Source: an uncultured virus (IMG/VR IMGVR_UViG_2061766007_002127) (Duplodnaviria > Heunggongvirae > Uroviricota > Caudoviricetes). From it: a stretch of 64,000 nt of DNA. Both the position numbers and the translations under genes were made by a program. Location: IMG/VR virus record IMGVR_UViG_2061766007_002127. One strand, written 5' to 3'. This document shows, in pieces, positions 45,609 through 56,524 of this stretch; within the stretch, counting starts at the first letter, position 1, and every line of letters starts with the position of its first letter. The notes under the pieces were generated by a model. The model was not told the origin of the DNA, did not search any database, and saw only the letters and a list, made by a program, of their open reading frames with translations.

Positions 45609-45650
45609 CCCCGTATCGTGGAAAAGTCAAGTTGGATGCCCGAATTATTC

Positions 45651-46374
45651 TCAGGCTCTCGCGACGAGCGCCAGCCCCCTTTTCTTTCCGACGGTCGAGA
45701 TGTACACGTCGAACTGGTCGAAGAAGCAGAGCAGACCGAGGAACCCCTGTATGCCTCTCCACTGGCTGNNNNNNNNNNNNNNNNNNNNNNNNNNNNNNNN
45801 NNNNTGCCTGAACCCACACGGGAACTCAAGCGTGCCGTTGTAGTACGGCACCTCTGCGAGCGCCTTCTCCATTCCAATCCATTCGAGGATGCTTCCCTTC
45901 TTGTCCTTGCCGATGATGAGCGAGTCGTCGTCGATGACGGCGTATTTCATCCCAGAGTCGAAGAACAGGATTTTGTCGCTGCCCTCGACCTTGCAACGGA
46001 TGANNNNNNNNNNNNNNNNNNNNNNNNNNNNNNNNNNNNNNNNNNNNNNNNNNNNNNNNNNNNNNNNCCGTGCTTTCGTCGTCGATTGTCACTGTGTCCC
46101 TGCGTATCATCGCGTTGTATCCGTTCATCGGGCAGATTATGCCACCGATTTTCTTGCCGTTCGGCATGAGCGTCGGGTTGAAGGACTGAAGCCCCTGTTT
46201 GTCGCACCCCAGTACCTTGAATTCACCTATGTGCCCGTCGATTGCGACAGTTCTGCCGNNNNNNNNNNCCGTAAGCCTGCGTGGTCTTGTCGAGGAGCGT
46301 CTTGAGCGTGTCGTCCTTCNNNNNNNNNNGCATCTGCCGTCAACGATTTCAGTCTTGTAGGTAATCTTCGTCAT
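45651..46374 (-). CDS. Possible retropepsin-like aspartyl protease (gapped)
   Basis: AAGGAG RBS; ILFFDSG motif and later IQGFLGL..FF..F segment. Confidence 0.35.
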
Positions 46375-46445
46375 TTTGAATTCTCCTTTGATTGATGGCT
46401 GTGGTTTTTGAGGCAAGTCAGTGAAGATTGCCTGCATACGCCATC

Positions 46446-46474
46446 AATATGATTCACGACGAAAAAATTTCAAG
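46446..46474 (-). promoter_or_regulatory. Class 1 promoter
   Basis: CTTGAAATTTTTTCGTCGTGAATCATATT. Confidence 0.6.
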
Positions 46475-46491
46475 GCGTCTTGTCGAGTTTT

Positions 46492-47001
46492 TCATTCGGC
46501 GCCTTCGGATTCTACGATGCTGTTCAGCGCCTCGTTCATGACATCGAGACCATTTTCGAACGCATCTGCCTTGTCTGCGAGGTCGCCGTTTCCAAGCATC
46601 GCGTTCGCCAGCACGTCGATGAGCCTTCTCGTGTCGGACAGCACCCTCTCCTGCCTTTCGGCGTAGTCGTTCAGCATGCTCACGGCTTTGTCGCAACAGG
46701 CGTTGAAGTTCATTCCAGGGCACTCCTTGAAGAAGCCGATGTCGATTCCGTCGCCTTCTGAAGGCATGTTGCACGAAATCCTGACATCGTATTCTCCAGC
46801 AACGCCGTTGACTGAAACGTTCCTGACGAGAACCTTGACCGACCCCTCCTTGACAATCTCGTCGATGACGAGTGGGGGTTCTCCGTCCGACTTCGCCTTG
46901 GAGCCTTCCATCATCCTTTTCGACTCCACCTCGTTGCCATTGAATCCCTTACTGTTTTTTGAAAGGGAAATCGCGTGCTCATGCCTGCCCTTCTTGCCCA
47001 T
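46492..47001 (-). CDS. Hypothetical protein
   Basis: MGKKGRHEH... paralog-like to neighbouring 46979-47491 (ACCDKAVSML vs ECSDKIIQQL). Confidence 0.5.
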   Translation of the reverse strand: MGKKGRHEHAISLSKNSKGFNGNEVESKRMMEGSKAKSDGEPPLVIDEIVKEGSVKVLVRNVSVNGVAGEYDVRISCNMPSEGDGIDIGFFKECPGMNFNACCDKAVSMLNDYAERQERVLSDTRRLIDVLANAMLGNGDLADKADAFENGLDVMNEALNSIVESEGAE

Positions 47002-47491
47002 TTTCCTCATCCTCCGTGAAAAGAACCGTCGCAATCTCGTCCATGTCCTTCGAGCACTCCTCGTACTTCTCGGACCTCCTCACCATTTCCTCGTTCCCGA
47101 GCATGGAGCTGGCGAGATAGTCGACAGCCTGTTGCAGTTCGTTCCTGAACCTGTCCAGCTTGCCAATGGATTCGGACAACTGCTGGATTATCTTGTCGCT
47201 GCATTCCTCTATCGTGCCAGTGGACGACGCGCACGTGTACATCCACATGTTGTTCTCCTTTCCATCCTTGTTGTGGTTCCCCACCACCTCGACGATGTAC
47301 CCCTTCTCCCTTCCGTCCTGACCCTTCTGGAAGTGGTTCTCGCACATGACGGACACGTCGCCGAAGTCCTTCTTGAACTTGAAGTCTGGAGACACGTCCG
47401 ACTTCCTCAGGTGCCTGACGGCTCCAGACTTGGACAGGGAGGGGACGTGTATCGTCTTCTCGACCTTGTTCCTGAAATTCCTGCCGCTCAT
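46979..47491 (-). CDS. Hypothetical protein
   Basis: 170-aa ORF coupled to the Mre11-like gene. Confidence 0.55.
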   Translation of the reverse strand: MSGRNFRNKVEKTIHVPSLSKSGAVRHLRKSDVSPDFKFKKDFGDVSVMCENHFQKGQDGREKGYIVEVVGNHNKDGKENNMWMYTCASSTGTIEECSDKIIQQLSESIGKLDRFRNELQQAVDYLASSMLGNEEMVRRSEKYEECSKDMDEIATVLFTEDEENGQEGQA

Positions 47492-48429
47492 CCCTTCATG
47501 TCCTTGTGCTTCTTGATGAGCTCCAGCACCTCGCTCCTGATTCCACGAGCCTTGCCTATCTTCTCAAGCAGTTCGTATATGTCCTTCGCCTCGGAGTGGA
47601 ACTCCCTGAACGCCTCGATGTACGACTCCTCGTTCTTCTTCACGTCCTCCTCCTCGGTGATGACCGACGCAGTTTTCGTCTCGTCGTCCCAGAAGAAGAT
47701 GTCCTTCGCGTCTGGGCACTTCGGCTCGAACTCCTCAAGGGCGAACTCCTTTCCGTCCCACTGCAACGCCCCGACCTTCGGGAGCCTCAGCGTCTTTGCG
47801 TCCCTCGCGAAAGAGCCAGGGTTGTAGAACTGGATGCCGTTGCACTTCTGGAACGGGACGCCGTCGTGCAGGTCTCCAGACAGCACGAGCTGGACACTGG
47901 GGTTCTTGAAATGCGTGATGGAAACCGTTCCGAAAGCCTCGCGCTGGTCGGTGAGAAGGGCATGGCACACGCACACGGTCGGCTTGTCGGACAGCTTCAC
48001 GCCATTGACGACCTCGACTGGGTCGTTGTTCACGTGCGACGGGACGAACCTGTATCCGTCTATCTCCGTCTCGCCGTCGATGAACCTCAGAGTGCCGTCG
48101 GAAATCGAGTCGATGAAACCGAGGCACGATGCAGGAAGCGTCTCTGGGTTGTACCCAGACAAATCATGCTGTCCCATGATGAACCATGTCGTCAGACCAG
48201 ATTCCTTGAGCGTGTTCCTGACCTTCGCCAGCAGGTCGAAATTGTATATGCGATGACGGTCGAACATGTCGCCACCATGCACGACGAACGAGCACCCGAC
48301 CTTCCTGAACCACTCGTAAGCCTGCGTGGTCTTGTCGAGGAGCGTCTTGAGCGTGTCGTCCTTCCTCGACTCGTACTTGTAGTCGTAGTGGGTGTCCGTG
48401 ATGAACCCGAATTTCTGGAAGCCGTCCAT
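47488..48429 (-). CDS. Mre11/SbcD-like metallophosphoesterase (recombination nuclease subunit)
   Basis: FITDTH, HGGDMFD, IMGQHDL, VCHAL, LSGDLH, YNPGSFAR. Confidence 0.85.
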   Translation of the reverse strand: MDGFQKFGFITDTHYDYKYESRKDDTLKTLLDKTTQAYEWFRKVGCSFVVHGGDMFDRHRIYNFDLLAKVRNTLKESGLTTWFIMGQHDLSGYNPETLPASCLGFIDSISDGTLRFIDGETEIDGYRFVPSHVNNDPVEVVNGVKLSDKPTVCVCHALLTDQREAFGTVSITHFKNPSVQLVLSGDLHDGVPFQKCNGIQFYNPGSFARDAKTLRLPKVGALQWDGKEFALEEFEPKCPDAKDIFFWDDETKTASVITEEEDVKKNEESYIEAFREFHSEAKDIYELLEKIGKARGIRSEVLELIKKHKDMKG

Positions 48430-48678
48430 CAGTAAGCCTCCATGACGGCGCACGGGTGACCGTTCTTCCCAGCGTTGATTAGATTCCCGTCAAGCTCGAG
48501 GATTCCACCGAACGTGAACGACAGAAGCGCGACGGTCGCCAGCGCGAACGATATGGCAGAGATGACTGCGCAGAATGCGTTTTCCATGTGATAAACCTCC
48601 TGAAATGAAAAAAGAGTGGGGAACTGGACAGTCCAGCCACCACTCTCAAATNNNNNNNNNNNNNNNNNNTCAATAAAC

Positions 48679-48707
48679 AATATATTTCTTTTTATAACAA
48701 ATGTCAA
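48679..48707 (-). promoter_or_regulatory. Near-consensus sigma70 promoter
   Basis: TTGACA-17 nt-TATATT on minus in AT-rich intergenic DNA. Confidence 0.65.
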
Positions 48708-48750
48708 TTGTTTTTGATGAAATCAAGATGTGACACGCGATTTCGGTTTT

Positions 48751-49654
48751 TCAGACGCTCAGCTTCTTTTTTCTCCTCTTCCTCGTCTTTTTCTTCTCAT
48801 TGGATTCGGATTCGCCGTCGTCGTCGCCGTCCTCCGTGGACGAGGAAACATCCTCGACGGATTCAATGGCTATAGGGGGGGTGGTCGGCTGCTCCTCCTC
48901 AGTCCTGTTGATTTCGAGGATGTCCACGTAGCTGTACTCCTTCTCGGCGTTCACGACAAGCTCTAGGTACTTGTCGCCAGACTTGGCGAAGAACCTCGAG
49001 CCAGCAGCTATCGTGATGATGGCAGACAGGGGTATCTCCCTCTTGGCGTACTCGGAGTAGTCCTTCGCCTTGCCAGAGTCGATGAAGTCCCTCCCGAGAT
49101 ACCAGACCTCGGTCGACTTGCCCTTCTGCATGTCCTCCTCGGAAATCAGGCTCTTCATGTCGACTGCCTCCATCAGCTCGGTAGTAAGTCTCTCGACGTG
49201 GTTGCCGTATGACGTGAGCTCGGTGCCCTTGCCCTCGTACCCAGAGTATATCGTGTGGTACATGAGCTCGCTGTACGGGCTGACGTACCTCTCGTGCCCG
49301 CACGCCCACAGGATGAACCCTGCGCTCAACGCCGACCCGCAACAAACCGTGACGCGGTGGTTGTACTGGAGAACCTGCTGGAGCACGAACGAGAGGTTGT
49401 CCACGGAGCCGCCTATCGAGTTGATGAGTATGTGGAGCTCCATGTCCTTGTCGCCGTCCTTCAAGTCCTGTATCAGTTTCGTGACGGCTATCGAATCCCT
49501 GCCGACATCCTCGAATTCGCCCGTNNNNNNNNNNNNNNNNNNNGTCGCAGTCCTTGAAAAGCACGGGCTGGTTGAAGTAGTCGTCGCCCATGCCAGGTAT
49601 CATGATGTTCTCAAGCCCCTCGGAGGAGGCTGGCTTCTTCCTGCTGTTCCTCAT
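48751..49654 (-). CDS. Divergent ClpP-like serine protease with acidic/basic C-tail
   Basis: LHILINSIGGSV...GSALSAGFILWACGHERYVSPYSELMYH with catalytic Ser and His positions retained. Confidence 0.75.
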
Positions 49655-49658
49655 AGTG

Positions 49659-52600
49659 CTACTCCTTATAGTCTGATACTATCTTGTCAGCTATTATACT
49701 CGCCTTCAGCATCCTTCTGACGATTTTCTCGACCCTAGCATCCTTCTCGCCATCCTTCTCGCCATCCTTCCCGACAACGGAATCCACAATCCAGTCGATG
49801 TCCTTGTCCTTCAAATGGCTCCTGAGGTACCTGAGCTCGTCGTCTGACAGCTTGAAGTACGCCCTCCTGAGTATCTCGAACTTGAGGCTCGGGTTCATCT
49901 TAATCATGTCCATGATGTCGTCGGATTCGAACTGCCTCATCCTCTCTGGACTCGACAGTATTCGGTTTATGTCCCTTTCGTCCCTTGTGTTGCAGCACAC
50001 GTAGAAAAGGACATCCTTGTCGAAGCTGTTGCTCGCCTGCGAAAGCGTCTCGTTCGAGAGGTTCCTCCTCAGGATGGAAAGCACGGCGCTCGGGCTTACG
50101 TTCTTGTTGCCGATGAGGCACTTGGCGATGCTCTTGTCCCTCTGCTTCGCCATCATGGAGAGAGCCTTCTGGTTTCTGACCTCGTCGCATTCCTCCCTCG
50201 TGGAAACATTGGCGCCGCTGACAATCCTCCTGCAAAGCCTTTGGACAAGCTTCTTCAGCCTCCCGTCGTCCGTCTCTGCGTTTATCGCATCGGCAAGTGG
50301 ATGGNNNNNNNNNNNNNNNNNNNNNNNNNNNNNNNNNNNNNNNNNNNNNNNNNNNNTCGGTGTATTTCTTCTTCATCTCCTCGTTCTTCACAAGGTCGAG
50401 CGCACGGCGAACGGATTTCTCCCCAGTGAACAGTTCAAGAGCCTTCTCGTAGACTGCCTCGCCAGCCTTCGGTGACTTGACTATCCTGTCCATTNNNNNN
50501 NNNNNNNNNNNNNNNNNNNNNNNNNNNNNNNNNNNNNNNNNNNNNNNNNNNNNNNNNNNNNNACTTCCTCACGAATCCGACGACGATTTCCTCCGTTATG
50601 CTCAGGCATGCGAAAATCGGCTGTATGCAGTAGTGGTCTCTTTTTATCTCCCTGTCGTGCTCCTGTATGATTCTGGCGATGTCCCCTGCCGTCATGTCCT
50701 TGTGACCGTTTATGTACTGCCTTAGCAAGTCCTTTTTGTCAAACGACTTGAATATCTTGCAAATCTCCTCGAAGTAGTCGAGCGTGCAGTTCTCGTTGTA
50801 CACGACTGCGAGCAGCACGCTCTCGAAATTGTGCTCTTGTTCGTCCTCGTAGTAGTCATCCTCTATATGGTCGTACTCGATGACCTTCTTCAGGTCGTCG
50901 ATGTTCCTCGCGCCCTTTGCGACCTGCTCGAGCTTCTCCCAGCTGTCGATGTAGTGCCTGCCACGGCTGCTGCGCATGTCCCTCATTTCGAGGATGCCGC
51001 TTCCAATCCACTTCGTGATGGCGTCCAAGTCGCAACCGTCCTCGAAATAGTCGTCCATGTCCATCCACTCGATAGCCTTCTCTGCGATTTCCTGCGTGCA
51101 GTTCGGATGCTTCAGCAACGGCTCGTAGAATTCCCTGTTCTCGTAGTCGCCGCTTATCGAATCAAGAGCCTTCTCAAGGTCTTTCGCAGTCGCAGTCTTC
51201 GATTCGACGATTTTGGACCAGTCGATGTCTGCATCCCCGTTCTCCTCGAGCTCCTCGACGATTTTCTTCGCAAGTGGCGTGATTTCGTTCAGCATGGCGT
51301 CGATGTCGTAGTCGTACATCCATTCGAGCACGCTCCGTATCTGCTCCTCGGTAGCGCTTGGCGAACGCAGCACATCCTCGCCGTTCGTCTCGTTCGCCAC
51401 GCACCATTCGAGGCACTTCGACATGCATCCAGCAGGGGCGTTGCACTCCCTTTCGGCATCGACTATCCTGTCTGCAATCTCCGTCTTCCTGTTCTTGTCC
51501 AATTTGTCGGAGCCGAAGATGTATCCGACAATCCTTGAAAGCCTAGCCGAATCGCCCTTCATGGAATTGACAAGCCCACTCATTGCGCTTGCCGTAGTCC
51601 TCATGCTGTATGCGTCGTTGCAGTATTCGACGACGTATTCCTCGTCATCCTTGAGTCCCCTCTTGAACTCGATTGCGTTGAATGTCTGGGACATTGAATG
51701 GGTGTTGCCGAACTTCCTGTGCATCCTGATGACAAGGTCGTTCGGGCACCTGTCAAGCATGGCGAGCGAAACGCATGCGCTGGAATTGTTGAAGTTGATT
51801 GCGTCTTCTGCGATTCTCCTGAATGCTTCATCCGTCGCTATGTCGGGGGATTTCGTGATTATTCCAACCGCGATTGACGTGTCGACCGTGCTGTTCTCGA
51901 TGACGTACTTCCTGACCATCCTGCTCTCTGCGTACTTGCCGATGCAGTTCGTCACGATTTTCTCGTCGTTCTTCTTCAGTATCTCAATCATCAGCCGATT
52001 GTTGTCGTCGGTGTCGGCTATCGACGAAGTGCTCTTGTTGAAGATGCCCATGAGCAACGTGTTCGCCTGGTTCGAATCGACTTTCGGCAGTCTCCTCACA
52101 ATCTCCAGCTTCAGGTCGATTGGAAGGTCTTTTCTCTTTTCTATGATGCTGAAGTCGTAGCCCATTTTCTCGCACAGCTTCGGAAGCATGTCCCTTGACA
52201 CGCTCACGATGAAGAATTCACGCGCATAGTGGTTCCTCATCGTGTCTGGATTGTCTATGACCTCGTCGAAGTACCTGTCTATCTCCTCCTGCGACGCGCC
52301 GAACCTGAGCGCCTTGCACTTCTGCCCGACAGTTTCGGCATTCTGCCACATGATGTCGGAAACCTCCTTGTCGCTGAAGAATGTCATGCAGTCGTACATC
52401 CTCTGCAACAAGTCCCTTTCCCTGATGTTCTTCCAGAGCCATTTCTCGATTTCCACAAGGATGCTTATGGAAGGCGCATATGCCTTGCACACGAACTCGA
52501 CGAGCCTTTCCTGTATCCTCCTGTTCCTTGTCAGCTTCGCAATCAACGGAAGAGCATTCGCGAACTGATGATTGTTGTCAATCATGTAAATCATCTTGTC

Positions 52601-54082
52601 CTCGTCGTCGTGGTAGACTTCGACGATTTCCCTCATGGACTCGGAGTTGCGGCAACCTTCCAGAACGTTCCTGACGCCTGCGTCCATGCCGTTCCTGACG
52701 AGGTACTTTATGAACGGCTTCGAGTATCCGTTCGTCTCCCTTCCGTACTTGCTTCCGATGAAGTCGTCCACAGTCTCGTTGTCTGCGTACTTCTCAAGGA
52801 CTTCGACAAGGATGTCGTCATCGACATGCTCCATCATCATCCTGAGCAGTCCTCTCCTCTCGCCTTCGTCGCAGTCGTCCAGAATCATGAAGTAGAGCCT
52901 TCTCGCGTTGTCCTCGCCAATTCTCGCAGACAAATGCTTCTTTTCGACGACTGCCTCCCAGAATTTCTGCTTGTACGCCCCAAGCTTCCCGTATGCCTTC
53001 ATCAGGACGTTGTAGTTGCAGGAAGCCTTCGCTATCATGTTGATGGTCGTCTGGCTGTCGGTGTTGTCGAGCATTCTCATGAGCTCGTCCTCGGACGCAG
53101 ACGATATGATGTCGCCGTTGTCGAGCAATGGGTCGCCAAGCTCGATTTCCTCATTGAATATGGAGAAGTCCTCGTAGTCGCTGAATCGGCGAAGCTCACC
53201 GAGCTCGTCGAGCATCTTCCTTCCGATTTCTATCGCCTCGACGGATGAAGGTCTGTCAGGCACGTACTTCGAATCGTCCACCCCCTTGAACTGCTGCGAA
53301 TCGATGTGCATCAGGATGGTGGGCTTCCTCCTTCCCTTGCAGAAGAGGTAGTAGGGGGGACCATACGTTCCATAGAAGTAGCTTCTTCCAGAGTCTCTCC
53401 TCGCGACGCACCATTCTGTGCAGTCGGCAGCGACATTCCTCAAGTCCTCGTACTCGTCGACCCTGTACACATGCCACGCCCCTTCATGAAGCTCCTCGCA
53501 GTCCTCCTCAAGATGCTTCCACGAATCCTCCTCCTGCTGGTCGAGAGTCCTTCCGTCGTTTTCGTCCATTCCAGAGTTCTTGTTGTTGTCGGCGAGTATC
53601 TTGTTCGCTTCGGCGACAAGCGTCTCGAGCCTCTCGCTCTTCTTCTTGAATCCGTCCAGAATCTTCTCTGCGCGTTCCTTGAACTTCCCGTCCTTGAAAA
53701 GCAAGGCGTTCTTCAAGGCGTCGTAGGCGTCGTTCACCTTGTGCTTGTACGACTTCCCAATCATGTCTGGGCTGTTGCTGTCGCCGAAGATGTACTTGAA
53801 GTCATCGTCCTCCTTTCCACAGCGCTGGTAGATGCAGTCCTGGAACGTGTTGCCGAACGTCCCGAGCTTCAAAGCCCACTTCTTTACCTCAGACTGGAAA
53901 TCGACGAACACGCCGTTCGCATCGACAATCGGGGTCTTGACCTTGGAGTCTGCATGCTTCGCGTCCATCTCCTTCTTCATCTCGTCCATGAAGTTGGACT
54001 TGTCAAGGTCAGTCCTATTCAGAATCCAGTTGACCAGCTTCAACTGCACTGGCTGGGTGTCGAATGCGAAAAATATCTTCAT
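49659..54082 (-). CDS. Very large (~1450 aa) helical-repeat protein, gapped near C-terminus
   Basis: >1170 uninterrupted codons from ATG 54082; TEWCVAR...PYYLF domain then repeated helical units (LLKHPNCT, VVYNENCT); frames continue across two gaps to stop at 49659. Confidence 0.65.
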
Positions 54083-54138
54083 CAAACTGCTCCGATTAAA
54101 CCAAAAAAGGCTACATGGTAGTATACCACATAGCCTTC

Positions 54139-54154
54139 GATATAAGCGAATAGT
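54139..54154 (-). promoter_or_regulatory. Class 2 16-bp motif
   Basis: ACTATTCGCTTATATC upstream of the 54082 gene. Confidence 0.45.
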
Positions 54155-54160
54155 TCTGCC

Positions 54161-55111
54161 TCAGTTCGAGCTCGGCAACGCGATGTCCGTGGATGTCAGA
54201 CCGTATTCGTTCGGCTCCGTCATCAGCACGCCGTCGAGGTCGTTGTAGGGCGAATTCGCGCCGTAGTCCTTGGCGTCCCTCAATACACTGATGTTCAGCA
54301 TTTCGCACACCTTGCCGATGGTCAGGTCGTCCTTCTCGGTCGTCCAGTCCCTCACGAAATAGAGCCTGTCCGAGCCGACGACCATCCCGAACAGAATCGG
54401 GTCCCTGCGCCACTCCTCTGCCTTCATCTGCCTGAGCGCAGAGCCTTTCGGGTCGTAGTGCATCACGCACCAGTTGTCGAACACGCACAGCGCGTCTGCC
54501 TTCTTCTTCGCCAGCAGCACGTCGTCTGGCACGAATTCTGGATAGTCGTTCCAGAAGTCGATGCGTATTCCACGGTCTGATGTCTTCAGCAACCTGATTG
54601 CGTCTTCCTCCGTCAGGTAGTGGAACAGACCGTTCTTCACGAGCACCACCTCGTTCAGGATGTTCCGATGCTCGCCCTCAAGCCTCTTCGCCAGCGCGAC
54701 CTGACCGTTCGCAAGCGTCCTGTCGACGATTCCCTTCAGCCTCTCTGCCATGTCGCCGATGTCGCCTGCGATGACGTTGCTCTCAATCATGCCCTTCGCC
54801 AGACCGAACGTGTCGGGAGGGGCGTCCGTCTTGGAGAGCAGTCTCCTCCACCATCCCGTTATCCTGTCCATCAGGGAGTCGCGTTTCCTCGCGTTGTCGG
54901 CGCTAAGCTCGTTGCTCCTGTAGAAGGACATGCCGTCTGCGCCAGACAGGAACTGCTCGACCGTCATCGTCCTGCCGTTCCTGAGCACGACCTTCCCGTT
55001 CACCAGATGCTTCGGCAACGTCGGGTCTGGCTTGAAGTTGCTGAACACCTTCAGGCGCAACCTGCCGTCGTCCTGAACGACCGACGGATGCTCGCTCCAC
55101 TTCACTGCCAT
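54161..55111 (-). CDS. Hypothetical phage protein
   Basis: GGGAGG RBS; VFDNWCVMHYDP...RDPILFG...RLYFVRDW. Confidence 0.6.
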   Translation of the reverse strand: MAVKWSEHPSVVQDDGRLRLKVFSNFKPDPTLPKHLVNGKVVLRNGRTMTVEQFLSGADGMSFYRSNELSADNARKRDSLMDRITGWWRRLLSKTDAPPDTFGLAKGMIESNVIAGDIGDMAERLKGIVDRTLANGQVALAKRLEGEHRNILNEVVLVKNGLFHYLTEEDAIRLLKTSDRGIRIDFWNDYPEFVPDDVLLAKKKADALCVFDNWCVMHYDPKGSALRQMKAEEWRRDPILFGMVVGSDRLYFVRDWTTEKDDLTIGKVCEMLNISVLRDAKDYGANSPYNDLDGVLMTEPNEYGLTSTDIALPSSN

Positions 55112-55112
55112 G

Positions 55113-55664
55113 TCACGCCTCCCTGTCGAACATCTGGACGACAATCGGAGCCATCGCCCCGATGTACGGAATCGCCCTGAGCGTGTTGAAGTCAATCCAC
55201 TCCATGGCTTCCTCGTCCGTGCAGTTGTTCTTGCTCACGTACCATTCGACCATCTTGTCATACGAGTAGACAGCCCTTCCGTCGGTCGTCACGCCGACAA
55301 GGGCCGTGTCATACGACTCGTCCTTCAGGATGATGATTTCTGGGTCGGTGTACCCGTTCGCTGCGAGTATCTTCTGCGCCGTCAGCTCCTCCTCGTCGGA
55401 CTTCCTCGTGATGGGTCTCGCGAGCAGTTCATCGTCTGCCTCGGCAGAAAGCCTCGAAGCAAGTTCGCTGAACCGTGCGTCGTCCATGGGCTTCCTTAGC
55501 GCAATCGACCTGCAGTTCATCAACACCTTCCCAGAGTCAACGTCGTCGTCGAGCATCTCCTGCAGGCATTTTATCTTCTTCTCCTCCATCGCCGTGAAGT
55601 CGGCGACTATGCGCCTTCTGTCCCTCACGGCATCCTCAAGCATCTTGCGTTCATTTTCTGTCAT
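55113..55664 (-). CDS. Hypothetical phage protein
   Basis: YDTALVGVT...AVYSYDKMV...EAMEWIDFNTLRAIPYIG. Confidence 0.6.
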   Translation of the reverse strand: MTENERKMLEDAVRDRRRIVADFTAMEEKKIKCLQEMLDDDVDSGKVLMNCRSIALRKPMDDARFSELASRLSAEADDELLARPITRKSDEEELTAQKILAANGYTDPEIIILKDESYDTALVGVTTDGRAVYSYDKMVEWYVSKNNCTDEEAMEWIDFNTLRAIPYIGAMAPIVVQMFDREA

Positions 55665-55677
55665 AATAAAATCATCC

Positions 55678-56522
55678 TTAGAACAGGTCCAGCTGGACAC
55701 CCTTCTCAATCCTCGCAATCGAGTAGTCGCACTGAGCCTTCGACAGCTCGACTCCGACGTACCTCATCTCCTTCTCTATCGCCACCACGCCAGTCGTCCC
55801 AGTGCCGTGGAACGGGTCGAGAACCGTCCACGAGCGCCTCTCGGAGTCTGGAACGTACATCCCGNNNNNNNNNNNNNNNNNNNNNNNNNNNNNNNNNNNN
55901 NNNNNNNNNNNNNNNNNNNNNNNNNNNNNNNNNNNNNNNNNNNNNNNNNNNNNNNNNNNNNNNNNNNNNNGGAAACAGGCTTTCCTGACCCTTCCTGCAG
56001 AACACGACGACTGGCTCGCATATCCTCGTCGACTTGTTCGGCGAGACGTTGTTCGGCAACGCGCACTTCTTCCTCCACACGAGCATGTCTGCNNNNNNNN
56101 NNTGTTGAAATCCTCCACGTTCGCAAGCACGACAGCCTGCGAAATCAGACCGTNNNNNNNNNNATGACCTCCGTCACAGCCTTGAACCAGTCGTAGTTCG
56201 TGTAGTCGGTGTGTGCGTCGTTACCGAGACCGAAGTTGTATAGAACGACACGGTTCTGCTTCAGGACCCTGTCCATCGCGTTGAACACGTCGACTGTCCA
56301 TCTGCAGTACTCTGCTGGTGGCATCCCCTCCGTGAACTCGTCGTAGCGCATGTTGTACTTGCGCTTCTGATTGGACTCCTTCGAGAACGTCTCGTTTCGG
56401 CATGTCCCGTAAGGGGGGGAGGTGATGACGATGTCCACGGAGCCTGCCTCCATTGAATCCATCGCCTCGATGCAGTCGCCGTTGTAAAGCGTGTATCCGT
56501 CCTTCTCGTAATATGCTTCCAT
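55678..56522 (-). CDS. Beta-class N4C/N6A DNA methyltransferase (gapped)
   Basis: GDCIEAM...IVITSPPY...VLDPFHGTGTT...GVEL; ends QLDLF. Confidence 0.8.
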
Positions 56523-56524
56523 TG

